Below are positions 20,179-30,260 of a DNA stretch of 64,000 nucleotides, piece by piece. Source of the stretch: Alphaproteobacteria bacterium (GTDB lineage Bacteria; Pseudomonadota; Alphaproteobacteria; JAAEOK01); contig JAAEOK010000042.1 of NCBI GenBank assembly GCA_024244705.1, positions 88,764 through 152,763 on the forward strand, in the 5' to 3' direction. The notes under the pieces are model-generated. The model ran no database searches, was not told the origin of the DNA, and saw only the letters and a program-made list of their open reading frames with translations. Within the stretch, counting starts at the first letter, position 1; each line of letters starts with the position of its first letter. Made by a program: the position numbers and the translations under genes.

Positions 20179-20661
20179 ATGGCGGGCGAATTGCCTGCGG
20201 TCGGTAAATTCCGATTCCATTGCCAGACCGGTCCCGCTTACACTCGGGCCTTGATTGAAAATGAAACCCTCGGCGGATGTCAGTGCGGTGCGGTTCGGTA
20301 TCGCATCGGCGAAACGGCGGTCAGCGCGTCCAATTGCCATTGCTCCATGTGCCAACGCAGTGTCGGTGCGGTGTATGTGAGTTGGATGACTTTTCCTGAA
20401 AAATCATTTGAAATAACAAAGGGTAAGATCAAAAAATTCAAGTCATCTGCGAAAGCCGAGCGCGGCTTCTGCGGGGCTTGCGGATGCTCGATCACGTTTC
20501 GGCACGACGACGACGAAGGTCTGATCGATGTGACCACCGCGACCGCCGACGATCCGGCCATCTGGCCGCCAACCCACCATATCTGGACCAGCACGCGCCG
20601 GCCTTGGGTTACGGCCGATGACGGGTTGCCCTCCTATGAAGGCCGCAAGCCGAGGGAATAG
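20179..20661 (+). CDS. GFA (glutathione-dependent formaldehyde-activating / CENP-V-like) family zinc protein
   Basis: Cys clusters GGCQCGAVRY, NCHCSMCQR, CGACGC typical of the GFA domain. Start codon uncertain (ATG at 20179 gives about a 30-aa N-terminal extension). The upstream part of ORF 19738..20661 overlaps the previous gene and is rejected. Confidence 0.65.
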   Translation: MAGELPAVGKFRFHCQTGPAYTRALIENETLGGCQCGAVRYRIGETAVSASNCHCSMCQRSVGAVYVSWMTFPEKSFEITKGKIKKFKSSAKAERGFCGACGCSITFRHDDDEGLIDVTTATADDPAIWPPTHHIWTSTRRPWVTADDGLPSYEGRKPRE

Positions 20662-20684
20662 ACCGTCGGACACCCAAGGGTCGA

Positions 20685-21371
20685 TCAGCGGCCGAGGCCG
20701 CTCGGCATCGACAGCGGGCCGACACGCTCCACGCGTATCTCGAAATGGCGGAGGATTGCGGCGACGGTCGCCGTCAGCGCCCAATAGATCAGCGCGATCG
20801 CGGTGAACACCTCGACCGGCGCAAATGTCCGGCCGATGATGAACTGCGACATATAGGTCAATTCGGCGACGGTGATCACGGACAGCACGGCGGATTCCTT
20901 GATCAGTGTGATCGCCAGATTGGTCGAAGCCGGGATCAGGTAACCCAGGGTCTGCGGCAGGATGACTTTGCGGTAGATCAACAAGAACGGCAGGCCGAGT
21001 GCCGTCGCCGCGTCGTGCTGACCGTCGGGAACCGACAATACCGCACCGCGCACGATCTCGGCGAAATAGGCGCTGGCATAAACCGCGAGAGCGATCACTG
21101 CCAGTAGCAGGGCGTCGATGCGTATGCCGAGAAAGGGCAGGCCGAAGAAGAGAAGATAGATCTGAATCAGGAACGGCACATTGCGGACAATCTCGACATA
21201 ACCGATGACGATCGTCGGAAGCGGCCGGATTCCGCTAAGGCGCATTAGTGCAAGCACGACGCCGGCTATGAAGCCGAGCGGCAATGCCAACGCGCATATC
21301 AGCACGGTCGTCCCCAAGCCCTCCGCCAGCAGGTACCAATTGTCGGTCAGGACCGAGACATCGAAGCTCAT
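20685..21371 (-). CDS. amino-acid ABC transporter permease (His/Glu/Gln/Arg/opine family)
   Basis: Five TM segments. EAA-loop-like ATALGLPFLLIYRKVILPQ. Start at the internal Met MSFDV; the ORF-track 396-aa extension overlaps the neighbouring permease. Confidence 0.8.
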   Translation of the reverse strand: MSFDVSVLTDNWYLLAEGLGTTVLICALALPLGFIAGVVLALMRLSGIRPLPTIVIGYVEIVRNVPFLIQIYLLFFGLPFLGIRIDALLLAVIALAVYASAYFAEIVRGAVLSVPDGQHDAATALGLPFLLIYRKVILPQTLGYLIPASTNLAITLIKESAVLSVITVAELTYMSQFIIGRTFAPVEVFTAIALIYWALTATVAAILRHFEIRVERVGPLSMPSGLGR

Positions 21372-22030
21372 GCCCGTTGCACCGCCATGCGCCGCTCGAC
21401 GACCCGCGACAGCGAGCTTATGACGAACAACATCACAAAATAGATGACCGCCGCGGTCGCGAAGGCCTCGATCGGCCGATAGGTGACATTCATCACGGTC
21501 TGCGCCGTCCGCGTCAGCTCGACGACGGTAATCACCGAGAGCAACGGCGAGGCCTTCACCAGCATGGTGAATTCGTTCATCAGCGGCGGCAGCGACAGGC
21601 GAAAGACCTGCGGCATGATGACCCGCCCCCAAATGACAGTGCGAGGCAAACCCAGTGCGCGGGCGGCCTCGAACTGGCCGTCCGGCACCGCCGTCAGGCT
21701 GCCACGGACGATCTCGGTAACGAAGGCGCCGCTGTTGAGGCTGAGCGCCAGAACGCCCGCGGTGAAGGCGGGCAGGTCGATACCGGTCAACCCCGGCAAT
21801 GCGTAATAGACGAGAAAAATCTGCACCAGCAACGGCGTACCGCGCACGAAGCTGACATAGACGGCGGCAAACCATCGCAACGGTGCGAGCGGCTGCCGCC
21901 GCAACAGCAGCAGCACGACCCCGACGACGATGCCGAGCAACGCACCCAACAAGGATACGACAAAGGTGATCCAGGCGCCGTGCAGGAACAGCGGCAGCTT
22001 GTCGAGCGTGACGCCGAGGTCGAACATCAC
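21368..22030 (-). CDS. amino-acid ABC transporter permease
   Basis: Paralogous permease (ARALGLPRTVIWGRVIMPQ EAA loop). ATGA coupling to the downstream permease. Confidence 0.8.
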   Translation of the reverse strand: MMFDLGVTLDKLPLFLHGAWITFVVSLLGALLGIVVGVVLLLLRRQPLAPLRWFAAVYVSFVRGTPLLVQIFLVYYALPGLTGIDLPAFTAGVLALSLNSGAFVTEIVRGSLTAVPDGQFEAARALGLPRTVIWGRVIMPQVFRLSLPPLMNEFTMLVKASPLLSVITVVELTRTAQTVMNVTYRPIEAFATAAVIYFVMLFVISSLSRVVERRMAVQRA

Positions 22031-22078
22031 CAGCGCGGACGGCCCGCGGCAGCGGGCCGAGAGCCGCCGGAAATCAGA

Positions 22079-22918
22079 TCAGAATGCGTTTGGCGGTAGA
22101 TAACCGTCCTTCGGCGTTTCCATCGTGAAACCGAACCACTTTATCTGCCATTCCTCGAGCTTGCCGGCGTCATTGAGCTCATCGATCTTGGCGTTGATGT
22201 AATCGCGAAGATCGAGGTCGTCGGGCCGCGTGACCCACGCCAGGTGCGCAGCCTGACCGACAGTGCCGACGACCTTGTAGGTGTTGGGAACCTTGCTCAT
22301 CAGCACGGCGGCATTCGGCGTTGCAATCGAGATCGCATCGACCTGGCCGCTGGCCAGCGCCACGTGCGTGTCCGGAAAGGCCTGATAGAGCTTGAGTTCG
22401 GCATAGCCGCTGCCACCCTTGTCCTCCAGCTCCTGGTCGTGGGCTTCGAGCACCGGTTGCACGGACGAGGCCAGTTGAGTGGCGACGATCTTACCATTGA
22501 GGTCATCCGGGCTGTTGATGCTGCCGTCATCGGCGCGGGCGACGATGGCGTTGGCAAAATCTCCGATCGGACGCGTGTAGGCATATTTCTTGGCACGCTC
22601 CTCGTTGATCGCCACAGAGGTCGCGACGAGGTCGAACTTGCCGGCCAGAACCCCTGGCAGGATGCCCTGGAAGGGCAGATCCAGTTGCTCGAGCTCGACG
22701 CCGAGATCGTTAACGATGTAAACGAGTATGTCCTTGTTGTAGCCGACGATCTCGCCGTCTTGGACGAACTCGAAGGGCTCGAAGGCGGCCTCGGTGCCGA
22801 CGACAATCTTGCCGCGATCCTTGATCTCCTCCAGCAGGCCGTCGGCCTGGGCGACCGAACTTGCGACCATCGCCGCAACCACCGTTCCAAGGGCCGTTTG
22901 TACGACTTTGTTTTTCAT
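22079..22918 (-). CDS. amino-acid ABC transporter substrate-binding protein (family 3 SBP), secreted
   Basis: Signal peptide. SBP_bac_3-like fold features (KIVVGTEAAFEPFEF, DLVATSVAINEER). Confidence 0.8.
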   Translation of the reverse strand: MKNKVVQTALGTVVAAMVASSVAQADGLLEEIKDRGKIVVGTEAAFEPFEFVQDGEIVGYNKDILVYIVNDLGVELEQLDLPFQGILPGVLAGKFDLVATSVAINEERAKKYAYTRPIGDFANAIVARADDGSINSPDDLNGKIVATQLASSVQPVLEAHDQELEDKGGSGYAELKLYQAFPDTHVALASGQVDAISIATPNAAVLMSKVPNTYKVVGTVGQAAHLAWVTRPDDLDLRDYINAKIDELNDAGKLEEWQIKWFGFTMETPKDGYLPPNAF

Positions 22919-23027
22919 ATCCCTACTCCTCACCGAATGACCACATGCGGTCGCGGGTATCGTAGCAAAAACGCCGCTTGAAGGCGAACTCGGCTCCGGT
23001 CACGTCGATAGTCCACACACCAATGCG

Positions 23028-23912
23028 CTATGCGAAAAACTTCTTCAGCGCTTCGGCGCATTGCGTGGGGGCCTCTTCGGCGACGAAGTGGCCGCAATCC
23101 AGGACGACCTCTTCAACGTGATCGGCCCACCGGCGCCAGGTCCCTGCCGGCGACGCCGCCTTGTCGCCCAGATAGCCGCGGCCCCAGACCACCAGCACCG
23201 GGCAGGCGATCCGTCTTCCGGCCTCCCGGTCGGCCAAATCGTGGCGGCGATCAACGGTCGCCCCGGCGCGGTAGTCGGCGCAGGTCGCCGCGACCACTGC
23301 CGGGTCGTGGAACTGTTGGATATAGGTCGCGACGGCATCGGCCGCGAGCGCATTGGGACGCCCCGCCCAGCGGTCGAGCAGATGGGTGATGTAGAAGGCG
23401 GGATCGTTACCGATCAGCCGTTCCGGGACCGGCGGCGGAACGGCCAAAAACTGCCAGTGATACGTTGCCAGCGCCTTGTCGGCGTCCATTTCATCCCACA
23501 CGTCGAGGGTCGGAATGATATCGATGGCTGCGAACCGCTCGGCCCGGTCGGGATGGTCGAGGCACAACCGGTAGCCGACGCGTCCGCCGCGATCGTGTCC
23601 GGCGACCCGGAACCGCCGGTGCCCCAGCGACTCCATCACCGCAACCATGTCCTGCGCCATCGCCCGTTTCGAATAGTTGATATGGTCGGGATCGGGCGCC
23701 GGCCCACGGCTTGCGCCATAGCCGCGGAGATCCGGGACGACCAATGTAAAATCCTCCATCAAGCGCGGCGCCACCAAGTGCCATGCGACATGGGTCTGCG
23801 GATATCCGTGCAGGAGAAGCAGGGGCGGCCCGGCGCCCCCGAGCCTTACGTACAGATCGGCATCGCTGGTCTTGATCCGGCGCTCATCGAAGCCTTCGAA
23901 CATGGCCGTCAA
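23028..23912 (-). CDS. alpha/beta hydrolase (haloacetate dehalogenase / epoxide hydrolase-like subfamily)
   Basis: LLLLHGYPQT, nucleophile elbow AGHDRGG, C-terminal His. Confidence 0.8.
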   Translation of the reverse strand: MTAMFEGFDERRIKTSDADLYVRLGGAGPPLLLLHGYPQTHVAWHLVAPRLMEDFTLVVPDLRGYGASRGPAPDPDHINYSKRAMAQDMVAVMESLGHRRFRVAGHDRGGRVGYRLCLDHPDRAERFAAIDIIPTLDVWDEMDADKALATYHWQFLAVPPPVPERLIGNDPAFYITHLLDRWAGRPNALAADAVATYIQQFHDPAVVAATCADYRAGATVDRRHDLADREAGRRIACPVLVVWGRGYLGDKAASPAGTWRRWADHVEEVVLDCGHFVAEEAPTQCAEALKKFFA

Positions 23913-24775
23913 TTGCCGCGGTGATGCAGGACCATGCGGTTATAGGCACCCTCGATATTCATCGGCAACCACGCCTCGTACTGCCCCCAATCCTTGTACT
24001 TGTCGAGCTTGATCGACTGCTTCATCTCATCGAGAGACTGTCCGTCCCGCATCGCGGTTAATACGGCGTCGGTTAGATCGGTCATATACTCACGAAAGGC
24101 GGTCACGTCTGCCTTGCTGCCGACCGGCCCGTGTCCGGGGATCAAAATATCGAAATCCATCGTCTCGACCGTTCGCAAGGAGTCGATCCAGTCCGGAACA
24201 TAGCCATCAGGCAGATCGCGAAAAGCGAGTGTCCGTATTGGAATGAAGTCGACCGCGAATAGGGCGCGTTCCGCCGGAAAACTCATGACGATCATGTTGT
24301 CCGAGTGATTGCGTCCGACATAGGTGAGCTCGACCACCTTGCCGCCCAATTCGATGGTCATCGAGTCGGAAAAGGAGATGTCGGGCACCGGCGTCGGCCG
24401 GCCTTCGCCAAGGATGGTTTTCCGCGCATTGTCGTGGGCGATAAAGGTCGCCGTCGGCGCAAAGACCTCGCCGCCGGAACTGTGATCGGCATGATCGTGG
24501 CTGTAGATCACGTACTTGACCTCGGCCTGAAAGCGCTTAGCGATTTCGTCTTTCAACCAGGCCGCCGCCTCCGCATTGATCGGATCGGTCGCGATCACGC
24601 CATCCGGCGTGACCAGAAAGACGGAGAAATGAAATTTATTCTGAAAGCGATAAAGATCGCCGGCCATGTTGGTGATTTCGCGCTTAACGTCCTGCGCTTT
24701 AGTGGCCGGCGCCACGGCGAATATGAGAACGGTCGCACTAACGGCTAGAAGGGATTGGGACAAAGTGCGCAGCAT
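23909..24775 (-). CDS. MBL-fold metallo-hydrolase, secreted (subclass B3-like)
   Basis: Signal peptide. HxHxDH motif YSHDHADHSSG and downstream His (IPGHGP). ATGA overlap with the hydrolase gene. Confidence 0.8.
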   Translation of the reverse strand: MLRTLSQSLLAVSATVLIFAVAPATKAQDVKREITNMAGDLYRFQNKFHFSVFLVTPDGVIATDPINAEAAAWLKDEIAKRFQAEVKYVIYSHDHADHSSGGEVFAPTATFIAHDNARKTILGEGRPTPVPDISFSDSMTIELGGKVVELTYVGRNHSDNMIVMSFPAERALFAVDFIPIRTLAFRDLPDGYVPDWIDSLRTVETMDFDILIPGHGPVGSKADVTAFREYMTDLTDAVLTAMRDGQSLDEMKQSIKLDKYKDWGQYEAWLPMNIEGAYNRMVLHHRGN

Positions 24776-24878
24776 AGTCGCCTCCTGTGTCTGCAGGCAG
24801 CAACCATATCAAAACAAGGATCGGCGGGGCGATGACGTTATCGTGAAATTCCCGCCCCTTCCCCGCGGCCAATCGCGA

Positions 24879-26357
24879 TCAGGAAAGGGCAACGCTCGGA
24901 CGCAATCGTCGATAGGAGAGATTCGACAGGTCGATCAGCGCCGCGCCCGGCCCGTTTGCGACCAGAAGTGAATCCGCGATCGGCTCGAAATCGGCCCGGT
25001 AATGGACCGAACTCTTCAGCACCAGGATCGGAGCCGTATCCGGTTCGACACCGAGGTGGCGGAACATGGCCCGATCGGCGGCTTGCTGCTTCCGGCTCGA
25101 GACCGCAATCAGGACGCCGGACCGATGCTCGAACAAGGCCATGGGGCCAAGTTCCATTCGGGCGCCATAGTAGAACGGTCCCGTTCCCGTGAATCGGCCG
25201 TCGCCTAGCCGTGCCACCCGAAAACTGTCTTCGACCGCGTCATCGTCGAGCGCCAAGGATGCGCTACCCAGACGAATCTCGATTGTCGCCCCCTCCCCGG
25301 CGGCATGGGCCGCCGCCGCCGCCGCCGGATCACACAAGAGGCCGAACACCGCGCCCGCGGCCTGTTGGCGCATCAACTCGGCAAGCAGCGCAACCGTACC
25401 GCTGGTCGCACCGGCGCCGGCATTGTCGCAAGTATCGGCGATGACAACGGGCTTCTGCGCCGTCGCTCGGCGACGCAGCGCCTCCGCGACCGCGGCGGCG
25501 GGCGACCATGATCGTCCCGCGAATTCCGCGCGTCGTTCATCGATCAGAGCGACCAGTCGCTCGGCCGCGGCTTCCGCTCGGCTCCGATCCCGGTCATAGG
25601 CAAGAACCGCGGGGCCGCAGTCGGGGATATCGGCAAGCGGAAAGCCGCACGCAAAAGAAAGCGAGGCGTCGCTGTCGGCCTCAATTGCGGCGACCGTCTC
25701 ATAGATGCCCTTTGCGGGCTCGTCGAGCGTACTCTGCCACACCAAGGGGATAAGAAAGGGCAACTGGCGAAGGACCGCACGCGGCGCGGTACCATCTTGC
25801 GAAATCCGAGTCAGCGCGTGCGCCGCCCGCGCGCCCGTCGCCGCCATGTCGATATGGGGATAGCTGCGATAGGCGCTCAGGAAATCGGCGCCTTCCACCA
25901 TGGCCGGGCTGATATTGGCGTGAAGGTCGAGGCTCGCGACGACGGCCACCTCGCGCCCTATTACATCTCGAATACGTCGCAGGAGCTCCCCCTCCCCGTC
26001 CTCGAGGTGCTCGGTCACCATCGCCCCGTGGAGGTCGAGGTAGATGCCATCGAAAGGACCCTGGGCGATGAGGCCGTCGAGCAGCATCTCCGAAATACGC
26101 TCGAACGCGTCCTCCGTGACGTGGGCCGAGGGCTCGGCCGCACACCACAGGATCGGCACGATCTCGTGACCATCGGCAGCGAGCGAGTCGATGGCGCCGG
26201 CAACGGGCAGGTTGATACCCGCGACCGCCGTCAGGATCTCATTACCGACGGTCAATCCGGGCCATGCATCGGGCGCGGCGAAATTGGCGAACGTCGCCTT
26301 TGCCGGTGCAAAAGTGTTGGTTTCATGCTGGAAACCGCCGATTGCGATACGCGCCAT
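24879..26357 (-). CDS. M81 family metallopeptidase (MlrC-like, DUF1485/DUF1063)
   Basis: N-terminus MARIAIGGFQHETNTFAP is diagnostic of MlrC-type proteins. About 490 aa. Start at the internal Met. Confidence 0.75.
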   Translation of the reverse strand: MARIAIGGFQHETNTFAPAKATFANFAAPDAWPGLTVGNEILTAVAGINLPVAGAIDSLAADGHEIVPILWCAAEPSAHVTEDAFERISEMLLDGLIAQGPFDGIYLDLHGAMVTEHLEDGEGELLRRIRDVIGREVAVVASLDLHANISPAMVEGADFLSAYRSYPHIDMAATGARAAHALTRISQDGTAPRAVLRQLPFLIPLVWQSTLDEPAKGIYETVAAIEADSDASLSFACGFPLADIPDCGPAVLAYDRDRSRAEAAAERLVALIDERRAEFAGRSWSPAAAVAEALRRRATAQKPVVIADTCDNAGAGATSGTVALLAELMRQQAAGAVFGLLCDPAAAAAAHAAGEGATIEIRLGSASLALDDDAVEDSFRVARLGDGRFTGTGPFYYGARMELGPMALFEHRSGVLIAVSSRKQQAADRAMFRHLGVEPDTAPILVLKSSVHYRADFEPIADSLLVANGPGAALIDLSNLSYRRLRPSVALS

Positions 26358-26605
26358 GATCGCTTCCTTCCGTCGCCGCGACGGGGTAATGCGCCCCGCC
26401 GGCTTAGCTGCTCCATAAACTATCCGACAAAGCAATCGAAGGCCTATATTGCGAATGTTCGCACGCCGTTGCGATCGTCGTCACCACAACGGGGATCAAT
26501 GGATGGGTCCCGATTATCGAGCCTTGGTATTAGGCGATGGCATCACCGGGCGACAATCCGCTAATTTGACGAAACTCAATCCTAGAAGAAGGCGGGCGTA
26601 TTCTC

Positions 26606-27406
26606 ATGGTCGATGAAATCGAGGCGGTCGAGAGGGCCGCGGTGGAAGATCTCGGCGCGGCGGCATCCGAGGAACTTCGCGCGGCCCTGAAGATTGAAAG
26701 CGGAGCCCTTGGGTCGGCCCACTGTTTGATTGCCGGCGGCCTGCCCGCTTCGGCGATCGTCATCAACCGAACGATCGGCCTTGGCCTTACGAAACCCGCC
26801 GACCGCGACTTGGTGGCGGACATGGTCGCCCGTTATCGCGCCGCCGGTGCCGCGCGCTATTTCGTCCACGTCCATCACCAAGCGCAACCCGACGAACTTC
26901 CGGGATGGCTCGGTGAGTTCGGCCTAAAACCGACACGCGGGTGGGCCAAATTCAGGCGCGGACGCGAAGCGCCGCCGGCGGTCGAGACGACGCTCGATAT
27001 TCGACCGGCAACCGCCGACGCCTTCGGACGCATCGAGGCCGACGCCTTCGATGTCGGATCGGCGGGCGCGCCGTGGCTGGCGCGACTCGTCGGCCGTCCC
27101 AATTGGCACATCTTCATGAGTTTCGCGGGGGACGAGCCCGCCGGCGCCGGAGCGCTGTTCGTCCACGACGGCATCGGCTGGTGCGATTGGGGCGCGACTG
27201 CTCCCGATTTCCGCGGCCGCGGCGGCCAGAGCGCCGTCTTGCGCGCGCGCATCGTGGCGGCCCTCGACCTCGGATGTCGCATGCTCGTCACCGAAACCGG
27301 CGAAGAAGTCCCCGGCGACCCCCAGCACTCGTACAAGAATATCGTCAAAATGGGCTTCGAGGAGGCTTACGTGCGGGCCAACTACGCGCTGCCGAAATCA
27401 GTCTGA
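26606..27406 (+). CDS. GNAT family N-acetyltransferase (two-lobed)
   Basis: Acetyl-CoA-binding motif region (RGRGGQSAVLRARIVAAL). N-terminal start uncertain. Confidence 0.6.
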   Translation: MVDEIEAVERAAVEDLGAAASEELRAALKIESGALGSAHCLIAGGLPASAIVINRTIGLGLTKPADRDLVADMVARYRAAGAARYFVHVHHQAQPDELPGWLGEFGLKPTRGWAKFRRGREAPPAVETTLDIRPATADAFGRIEADAFDVGSAGAPWLARLVGRPNWHIFMSFAGDEPAGAGALFVHDGIGWCDWGATAPDFRGRGGQSAVLRARIVAALDLGCRMLVTETGEEVPGDPQHSYKNIVKMGFEEAYVRANYALPKSV

Positions 27407-28078
27407 TCGAGCGGGAAGGATGGGTTCGATCTCGTCCGCGACAAGGGCCCGCTTCACCGCCGGACGGGATTCGATTCGGGCCACCGTTTGGGCGGCATGG
27501 ATGAACCGATCGAAATCGGGCATTTCATCGGCGTGCCACCGGCCACGGACCTCGAAGTACCAGCGCGCAAGCACATAAAGGTAAATGTCGGCGATCGAGT
27601 AATTGATCCCCAGCACGAACGGCCCATCTTTGAGGCGAGCATCGATTTCGGACCAATAGCGGACGATCCAGCTGATGCCGCGATGACGAATCCGGTCGGC
27701 GTCGGATTCATCGGTCGAATAGCGTGCCGGATAATAGGCCATCATGTAGGCGCCCTGGACCATTTCGGCCATGTCGAACATATGGCGGTAGCACAGGCCG
27801 CGAGCGGTCGAGCCCACGGCCGGGCACAAGGCCGTCGAGGGGTGCTTGTCGGCCAAATGGAACAGGATCGCCGCCGAGGGATAAACGACAATATCGCCGT
27901 CGACCAGCGAGGGAATCTTGCCATGCGGGTTTTGCGCCAAATACCAATCGGGTGGCGCCGGCTTGAGCTCGACCTCCACCACCTCATATGTGGCATCGAC
28001 CTCTTCGAGAGCGATCCGCGCGACCAGGGCCGTCGATTCGTGGGTGTACGATCGTGTCGTGTAATAGAGCGTGTACAT
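27398..28078 (-). CDS. glutathione S-transferase family protein
   Basis: N-terminal thioredoxin-like GST fold (MYTLYYTTRSYTHES..., KIPSLVDGDIVVYPSAAI) and C-terminal alpha domain. Confidence 0.75.
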   Translation of the reverse strand: MYTLYYTTRSYTHESTALVARIALEEVDATYEVVEVELKPAPPDWYLAQNPHGKIPSLVDGDIVVYPSAAILFHLADKHPSTALCPAVGSTARGLCYRHMFDMAEMVQGAYMMAYYPARYSTDESDADRIRHRGISWIVRYWSEIDARLKDGPFVLGINYSIADIYLYVLARWYFEVRGRWHADEMPDFDRFIHAAQTVARIESRPAVKRALVADEIEPILPARSD

Positions 28079-28134
28079 CGATCTAGCGGACTTGGCGCGG
28101 TCAGCTCAACGATGACGCGGCCCCGGTCCCGCCG

Positions 28135-29859
28135 TCAGATATCGGCATAGACGTGCGTTTCCGCGGTCGCCCCCGGATGAGTGACCGCGCCCTTATAGGC
28201 CGGCCCAACCGTCTGGGCATAACGCCACAATGCGCCGGATTGATAATTGTTCGTCCGCGCTGACCAAGCTCGCCGCCGTGCCGCGAATTCGTCCTCCGAC
28301 AAATCGACGTTCAGGGTTCCGGCTTCCGCATCGATGTGGATCATGTCGCCGTCCTTGAGCATTCCGATCGGCCCCCCGACCGCCGCCTCGGGCCCGACAT
28401 GGCCGATGCACAGGCCACGTGTGGCGCCGGAAAAGCGGCCATCAGTAATGAGCGCAACCTTCTGTCCCAATCCGCGTCCGATGAGTGCCGAGGTCGTGGC
28501 CAGCATCTCGCGCATGCCCGGTCCGCCTTTCGGCCCTTCATAGCGAACTACCATGACATCGCCGTCTTTGATCTGGTCCGTCAGCACCGCGCTGAAAGCG
28601 TCCTCCTCGCGTTCGAAAACCCGCGCCGGGCCCGAATGCTGCAGCTGAGTCAACCCGGCAATCTTTACGATCGCCCCCTCGGGCGCCAGCGACCCCTTGA
28701 GGCCAACGACCCCGCCGGTCGAAGACAACGGGTTGCTGACGGGCCGAATGACGTCTTGATCGGTCGGAAACACCACCCCCTCAAGGTTCTCGGCGATTGT
28801 CTTGCCGGTCACGGTTAGACAATTGCCGTCGAGATATCCACCATCAAGCAGCGTCTTCATCAAGACCGGCACTCCGCCGACCTCGTACATGTCCTTGGCA
28901 ACGTACCGCCCGCCGGGCACGAGGTCTGCAATATAGGGGGTCTTGCGAAAGATCTCGCAAACGTGCTCAAGGTCGAATTCGATGCCGGCCTCGTTCGCGA
29001 TAGCCGGAAGATGAAGCCCAGCATTCGTCGAACCGCCGGACGCAGCGACGATAACCGCCGCGTTCTCGAGCGCCTCTCTGGTGACGATGTCGCGCGGCCG
29101 GACCCCGCTGGCGAGCAGAGCCATGACTGCTTCGCCCGACGCCTCGGCGTATTGGTCACGACTCTCGTAGGGAGCGGGCGCTCCCGCCGAGCCCGGCAGC
29201 GCGAGGCCGATGGCTTCGGAAACACAGGCCATCGTATTGGCGGTGAATTGGCCGCCGCACGATCCCGCCGACGGGCACGCCACCGCTTCGAGTTCATGGA
29301 GCTCGTCATCGCTGACCTTGCCTGCCGCATGGCCGCCCACGGCCTCGAAGACATTGATCACGGTCACGTCCTTGCCCTTGAACTGGCCGGGCAGGATCGA
29401 GCCGCCATACATGAAGACCGAGGGCACGTTCAGCCGTACCATCACCATCATCAGCCCGGGCAGCGACTTGTCGCAGCCAGCGAGGCCGACCAGCGCGTCG
29501 TAGCAATGACCGCGCATCGTGAGCTCGGTCGAATCGGCGATGACCTCTCGCGACACCAGCGATGATTTCATGCCTTCATGACCCATGGCGATGCCGTCGG
29601 TGACGGTGATGGTGGTAAATTCTCTCGGCGTTCCGCCGGCGCGGTCGACCCCGCGTTTCACGGCCTGCGCCTGGCGCGCCAGCGCGATGTTGCACGGCGC
29701 CGCTTCGTTCCACGTCGTGACCACGCCGACCAAGGGCTGGTAGATCTCCGCTTCCTTGAGTCCCATGGCATAAAGGTACGAGCGATGCGGCGCGCGCTCC
29801 GGCCCGACCGTGGTATGGCGGCTGGGTAAATTCGATTTGTCGTACCGGGTTTCACTCAT
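28135..29859 (-). CDS. ilvD: dihydroxy-acid dehydratase
   Basis: IlvD/EDD family motifs ([29 protein letters not shown]). 574 aa. Confidence 0.9.
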   Translation of the reverse strand: MSETRYDKSNLPSRHTTVGPERAPHRSYLYAMGLKEAEIYQPLVGVVTTWNEAAPCNIALARQAQAVKRGVDRAGGTPREFTTITVTDGIAMGHEGMKSSLVSREVIADSTELTMRGHCYDALVGLAGCDKSLPGLMMVMVRLNVPSVFMYGGSILPGQFKGKDVTVINVFEAVGGHAAGKVSDDELHELEAVACPSAGSCGGQFTANTMACVSEAIGLALPGSAGAPAPYESRDQYAEASGEAVMALLASGVRPRDIVTREALENAAVIVAASGGSTNAGLHLPAIANEAGIEFDLEHVCEIFRKTPYIADLVPGGRYVAKDMYEVGGVPVLMKTLLDGGYLDGNCLTVTGKTIAENLEGVVFPTDQDVIRPVSNPLSSTGGVVGLKGSLAPEGAIVKIAGLTQLQHSGPARVFEREEDAFSAVLTDQIKDGDVMVVRYEGPKGGPGMREMLATTSALIGRGLGQKVALITDGRFSGATRGLCIGHVGPEAAVGGPIGMLKDGDMIHIDAEAGTLNVDLSEDEFAARRRAWSARTNNYQSGALWRYAQTVGPAYKGAVTHPGATAETHVYADI

Positions 29860-29892
29860 GGCAACATGTCCTCGGCATTGGGTTCCGGATAC

Positions 29893-30162
29893 AGAGCCCT
29901 TTCTATGAACTCCGAGTCAATTCTGTTTCGCATGTGGCGCGCCGGTCCACAAGGAAGCACGCGCAGCGCGATGCAGAAGCATCGGGCAAGCTTGCTGACG
30001 CCGTGGTCGGCGGCCAGATGGAAACCCTACGGGACGGGCGCTTTTGGCCGCCGAGGGTGTCGCTCGTCGCTCGATATGCTTCGGCATGTCGTCGCTCCTC
30101 GCTCCCGCCCGACAGCCAAAACCGCTCCGTCAGAATCGCTCTGAATTCATAGAAAGGGCTCT
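29893..30162. mobile_element. 270-bp MITE-like element, copy B (inverted relative to copy A). Located 33 bp upstream of the ilvD start codon.
   Basis: About 92% identity to the reverse complement of 5137..5406. Same terminal inverted repeats. Confidence 0.6.
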
Positions 30163-30260
30163 GGCGGCAAGATAGCGATGGCGACCCGCCGGTGCCAGCG
30201 CAATTCGGCCCTGAATCATTTTCCTGTCGATCGGAGGGCGGTCGGCATTCGATTGGCGAT

